From Macrostomum lignano (taxonomy: Eukaryota): 64,000 nucleotides of DNA. The DNA is taken from contig NIVC01003413.1 of NCBI GenBank assembly GCA_002269645.1, positions 1-64,000 on the forward strand. Direction: 5' to 3'. Shown piece by piece: positions 59,559 through 64,000 of the stretch; position 1 is the first letter of the stretch; the number at the start of each line of letters is the position of its first letter. The translations under genes were made by a program, and so were the position numbers. The notes under the pieces were generated by a model. It was not told the DNA's origin. It saw nothing but the letters and a program-made list of their open reading frames with translations, and ran no database searches.

Positions 59559-61366
59559 CGTTTGATAATGATTGTTTAAATTTGGACTCTGATATGAGAC
59601 ATAGACATAGAAGAGGGACTCAGATAAATCCATAGAAAATTAAAATTTGACCCAGAAAAGAAAGTGGGTAGTGTTACACTAAAACTAAGTAAGGTTTTAT
59701 CAGAGAGTTTGTTTTCATTTGACTGCAGTATTTACAAGCTATGTCTATTGGGGCATCGAGAAGATGCCCAACTGGAGGACTTTATCCATTTCAATACCGA
59801 TCATTCACGCTCTGAAGATCAGTTGCTCGGTGTCGTTCTACCGGACGTCGAAGAAAGAAAAGATTTAAATACTAAGTACAGCATGGATAATGCCGAGTTG
59901 GATTCGCTTCCGAGAACAACCGAAGACTACATGTTCTCCTATGGTAACGCTTTTGGTAAATATATGAATGATTTGGGTCACTCTATCGACAGCCAGAAAA
60001 CGATGGAGCATAGTAGCCTTAATGAGCACCTGCGCCTTTACTACTTTCGGCTTATTAAACCCAATGGTGAGTTGTATTCTCCATCTAGTCTAGTTTGCAT
60101 CCGAGCAGGTATCCAAAGATTTTTTTAATTATATAGTCAAGCGTCAGGTCAAAATTGTCGACGATCCTAGCTTTGCTACCGCCAATCGCATGCTTAGAGT
60201 TAAAGTGCGGGACTTTCAATCTAATGGAGGCAGTGTGAAGCGTTATGAGCCAATAGAGCGCGCCGATCTAACCAAGTTGTCCAGCTACTTTGATCGCTCG
60301 ACCGGAGAGAGGCTGCAGGATGAAGTTATATATACGTTGCTATATATCCTAGGAGAGCGCGGTCAGGAACACCTCAAATACTTTCACCAGAAAGACGTCC
60401 TCATTGAAAAAGTCGACGGCGATGGCAACAACTATTTCGAGCTACCGAGCCTCGTCACAAAGAATCAGAGTGCCGATCCAGCTAAGGCTAAGCGATTTAA
60501 TCCAAAACAAGCGCGAATCTATGGAGCTCAATATGAGCTTATTAAGGCCTATCTCGAAGCTCTCCCTAATGAAACCAAGGACAATTCGTTTTTTCCAAAA
60601 CCATTGGCCTACCGGGAAGGAAGGCTGCAGTTTTCCTCTAAGCGGGTGCGTGGTATTAATTGGCTAGGATCGTTCATGTCTCGACTAAGTACCCTGTGTG
60701 AGCTCAATAAAAAGTATACGAACCATTGCATTCGAGTTACTCGGGCTGCTGATTTACACGAAGCCGGCTACACATATTCCGACATTATAAGTACATTATG
60801 AGTATGACTGGACAGCAAAGCGAGTCTACTGTCAGGAGGCACCTATCGAGGAAGAAGGATCATACACTGCGAGACATGGCTACGTCTGTTGGAGAAGCTT
60901 TACAACCAAGTGTGTCTTCTTCTAGCTCATTGGCCAAGACGTCTCGACCGTTTGAAGAAGAAATATCAACCGTGTCGCACATGACGGATGTTTCTAGCCA
61001 GAGCATTTCGCTTAGTAAGCAAAATGTCTCCAGTGTCTTCTCAGGCTGCCACTTCTCAAATTGTACGTTCAATTTGAGCAACTAGGTTTACAGTCACTAG
61101 AAATAGGTCGTCTCTGCTTCGTTGGGAATTTAGAATTTTAATCTTAAAAATGCATCAAACTTACTGTTCTATTTCGTACTGTACTGTGACTGTTTTCCAA
61201 TGTACCTTTTGCCAATTCCGCACCATTCAATGCCACTTTGTGTTTATTCATATCAAAAATATGCTTAAACGTGTATTACAGTATGAGTTTACTAAATACG
61301 CTCGTATAAACCCTGTTATTTGACCATAGTCTATGGTCCAAAGTTGAAAAAATCGTTTGATAATGA
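59559..61366 (+). mobile_element. Crypton-type (DUF3504-like tyrosine recombinase) DNA element; boundaries tentative
   Basis: A 13-bp direct repeat cgtttgataatga at 59559-59571 and 61354-61366 brackets the recombinase ORF. Several palindromes lie at both ends. Confidence 0.6.
59883..61085 (+). pseudogene. Frameshifted Crypton/DUF3504-type tyrosine recombinase (~400 aa if restored)
   Basis: YSPSSLVCIRAGIQRF, then a frameshift in the T-run at ~60120, then IVDDPSFATANRML...LGERGQEHL...YTNHCIRVTRAADLHEAGY, then a small duplication at ~60790, then MTGQQSESTVRRH. R and HxxR are present; the expected TGH and final Tyr read TGQ and His. Confidence 0.8.
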
Positions 61367-61398
61367 ATGCATTACTTTTGATAAGATAATGGATTAAT

Positions 61399-61493
61399 AA
61401 TCAGCGGTCCCAGTGCGTGACAACGATTGTCTGGCAAGCGCCGGTAGGCGCGAGCCATAGACAACTCGTTGTCACGTGCTGCGACCGCTGATT
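61399..61493. other. Long imperfect inverted repeat next to the Crypton-like element
   Basis: aatcagcggtc/gaccgctgatt, cgtgacaacga/tcgttgtcacg and ttgtct/agacaa arms. Confidence 0.8.
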
Positions 61494-61729
61494 CTTTGCA
61501 TTGTTTTTCTGTTTGACGATCCTACAGACAATGCATTGTTTTTAGTAATGGATTGTTCTGCATTAAAAGTGTGAATAATGATCGTCCAATCGCTAAACAA
61601 TGAAAGAAAGAGTGTGATAATGACTAAATTAACTTCACGTATGTCCAAAAAATTGTTAAAAGGTATACTAAATCTCTAATCTATGTCTGTGGTAATTTTG
61701 CTTTAATGCTTCCCTGTAAAAATGCTTTG

Positions 61730-62330
61730 CCTTCAAGGCTCATGGAGGTAATTACTGGAATGCTGCGGCTGTTGGGAGAATCGCCGACGTTGTTAGGGTA
61801 AGATTAATCACATAAACTATAAATTAATTGGGCTGTCAAAGGTGAAAGACTCATTGGGGAATTGCTAAGATGTCAAGGCTCATGGAGATATCTGAATTAT
61901 AGTGTGGCTTAATGCTCAGAGGGAATTGTTGTGATAGCGACACATGAGGATATTGCCAACATCTTGTGGCTCAAAAAAAGTTGCTGAGATATCAAGGCTC
62001 ATTGAAGGAATCGCTAGGATGTCAAAGCTCACGGGGGATCCCTGTAATGCTGTAGGCTGACTCTTGGGGTATTTCGGACTTCGGAGCATGCCAAGATTCA
62101 CAGAGGAATGGCTAAGATTTCAAAGGCTCCTAAAGGGAATAGCAGAAATTCAAGAAATGTTAAAGTTCATTAGGTAATTGTTAAAATTCTGTGGTTCATG
62201 GTGAGGATTGCTGAAATGTCCTGACTTGGCACTTTCACACGATTCATATGATTGAACCCTAAATGTACCAATATCAAAAGGTTAATCCCTAAATTTTCAA
62301 GCTCATGGAGGAACGGCTAACATGCGAAGA
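61730..62330. repeat. Degenerate ~30-bp tandem repeat
   Basis: Recurrent ggaattgctaagatgtcaaggctcatggag-like units. Confidence 0.55.
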
Positions 62331-62580
62331 CTCACTTATGAGTTAGGGCAAGGAATTATAAATCCTACTGGAATGACAACTGTGAGGACTAGTTTATACA
62401 AGATGAGGCTTACTGCGATTGCCACAGACAGGATTTGTTTGCCGCATCAACTTAGATTGCCAAAAAGAAGAAGCAACTTCGTTCGCCTTATTTTTTCTTA
62501 GCCTGTAGGCACTAATATGTCAGAGTGACTTTGCTGAAACCAAGTCTCTGCGTCCTCTGCAGAATTTTTGCGTCCTCTGC

Positions 62581-63983
62581 ATGCCAAATAAATGCGCCGT
62601 TTTTTTTGCAAGTTCGACAGCGAGTTGGCAACGGCACGGTCAGCGAGGATTTCATTCCACAAGTTTCCGAATCGAGACGACCTACTGGAAAAATGGTTAA
62701 AGAGCATTTCCCGAAAAGCAAATTTCAAACCATCGAAGCACATTCGAAGTTGCTCTCTTCTCTTCACGGAATCAGATTTTATTACGGAGAATCAGGACAA
62801 CAATGCATATCGGAAAAAGAAACAACACGAAGAAGGTGCCAATCTTGAAAAAAATTAAGAGAAGATGCAGTTCCCACCCACTACAGCACGACCAGCATGC
62901 CATCATATTTTACAAAAACTCCGCCAGCTTCGCGATCAGGAAACGCATCGTCGCAACGGCGTCACGAGATTGAAATCGCACAGGTGGAACAACAAGAGAG
63001 ATTATTTCGCCAGTGAAAGAATTCACTCACTTGAATATTTTGTCGCTAAGTTTTCGAAAGAGAAGAAGCCGTGTGGATTTGCTGCGCGTCAATCAGCAAA
63101 CAATCTCAGCATTATGCTTATAGCCAATGGTCTACCTCCCTTGATCAAGAGTTGCATAGTCGTGAATTGTATGTTGGAAGTCCTAGTTTTTTATGGCAGT
63201 CGGGCAGCATCGCCAAAACAGTACAGCCACATCATTCCAGCGTCCTAAACTCTGAGTTCAGCCACGCAGCTTGTAAATTTAATGGCCATTGTGAAGTCTT
63301 CAACTGAATCCAATACATTCCACGTTGACCACAAAGAGAGGCTGCTCTAGATAATCTCAAACAGTTGCTCCAGCAGGACAATTGTCCGTCGGACGGCAGT
63401 GCGCCGTCTTGCCTGGCTTTTATTTCTAATCTGGCGGCCGAGATTCGTGAAGAAGTTTATCTTAACTGTCTACCGGACAAAAGTGACATGGCCACAGTTT
63501 ACTATGTTAGTGGTTTCTTTGCGAGCTCATCAGTTAGGAAGAAGAAGTGGGAATCATGCAAACAGACTCTGGTGTGCGAAAATTCGATTGTGGACTTTGA
63601 ATTTGAAGAGACATCTCAAATGAAAGAATCGTCGGACCTTCTTCGTGAAATCGATCGAGGTGGTCTCTTCTGGTCGCAGGAGAATCTGTTTCAGTTGGGC
63701 ATTATGTGCTGGCGTGTCTTCACAGAAGTCAAGAACACACCCAACCTAAAAAGACAAACTTCTGTCAGCTTCCAATCAAAGGGAGACATTTTGTTTCGTG
63801 ATGGACCTCCTGCTGACAGATCATGGTGACTTTCTATTTGGTAAGACACACTGCACCGCTGGCCATGATCTGGTCCGCGAGATCATCAACAAGTTTTTCA
63901 ATTGCATGTCAAAGATGCTAACAAAGCAGATCAATAAAGATGAGACAAACAAAACATTGAAGAGGAAGCTTACAGATAGATAA
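62581..63983 (+). mobile_element. Decayed THAP-domain (P-element/THAP9-like) transposase, apparently lacking the catalytic core
   Basis: MPNKCAVF, a frameshift in a T-run, then CKFD...SFHKFPNRDDLLEKWLKSISRKANFKPSKHIRSCSLLFTESDF (THAP, zinc His lost). C-terminal YYVSGFFA...IDRGGL...IINKFFN segment typical of this family. Confidence 0.75.
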
Positions 63984-64000
63984 ACGGTTTATTTCACTCG

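Noticed and set aside
61916-62101. Possible repeat-protein exon in the degenerate 30-bp repeat
   Set aside because: Short frame, no convincing splice sites or motif; treated as a decayed minisatellite.

Overview
Animal genomic DNA with spliceosomal GT-AG introns and short (TTAGGG)n tracts. The sequence style suggests an invertebrate such as a free-living flatworm, but that is an unverified inference. The window has three zones. (1) 1-18547 is a head-to-tail array of 2.2-3.6 kb composite units: hairpin, (GTCT)n, AT-rich block, telomere-like repeat, 30-bp minisatellite and GA-rich purine tract. The unit architecture resembles non-autonomous Helentron (HINE/DINE-1-like) elements. (2) 18594-58732 on the minus strand holds 43 exons that I traced by hand. 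They have consensus splice sites and matching phases, and would splice into one frame of 14,432 nt (~4,810 aa). The product is five tandem ~1,000-aa modules: cbEGF, cbEGF, variable exon, NIDO, AMOP-like, VWD, cadherin/Ig-like, EGF (MUC4/SUSD2/mesh-like; the fifth module is incomplete). Every module keeps an RGDPH motif, and near-identical frameworks surround hypervariable Arg/Tyr/Trp- and Cys-rich loops. Start and stop exons are not visible in the window. Introns carry module-specific Gypsy, LINE, SINE and MITE insertions, plus a Penelope-like insertion with two hammerhead-ribozyme motifs. (3) 59135-64000 holds a frameshifted Crypton-type tyrosine recombinase element and an internally deleted THAP/P-element-like transposase. 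Most ORFs in the supplied track are low-complexity or antisense artefacts. All coordinates were counted by eye; repeat and TE edges are approximate.
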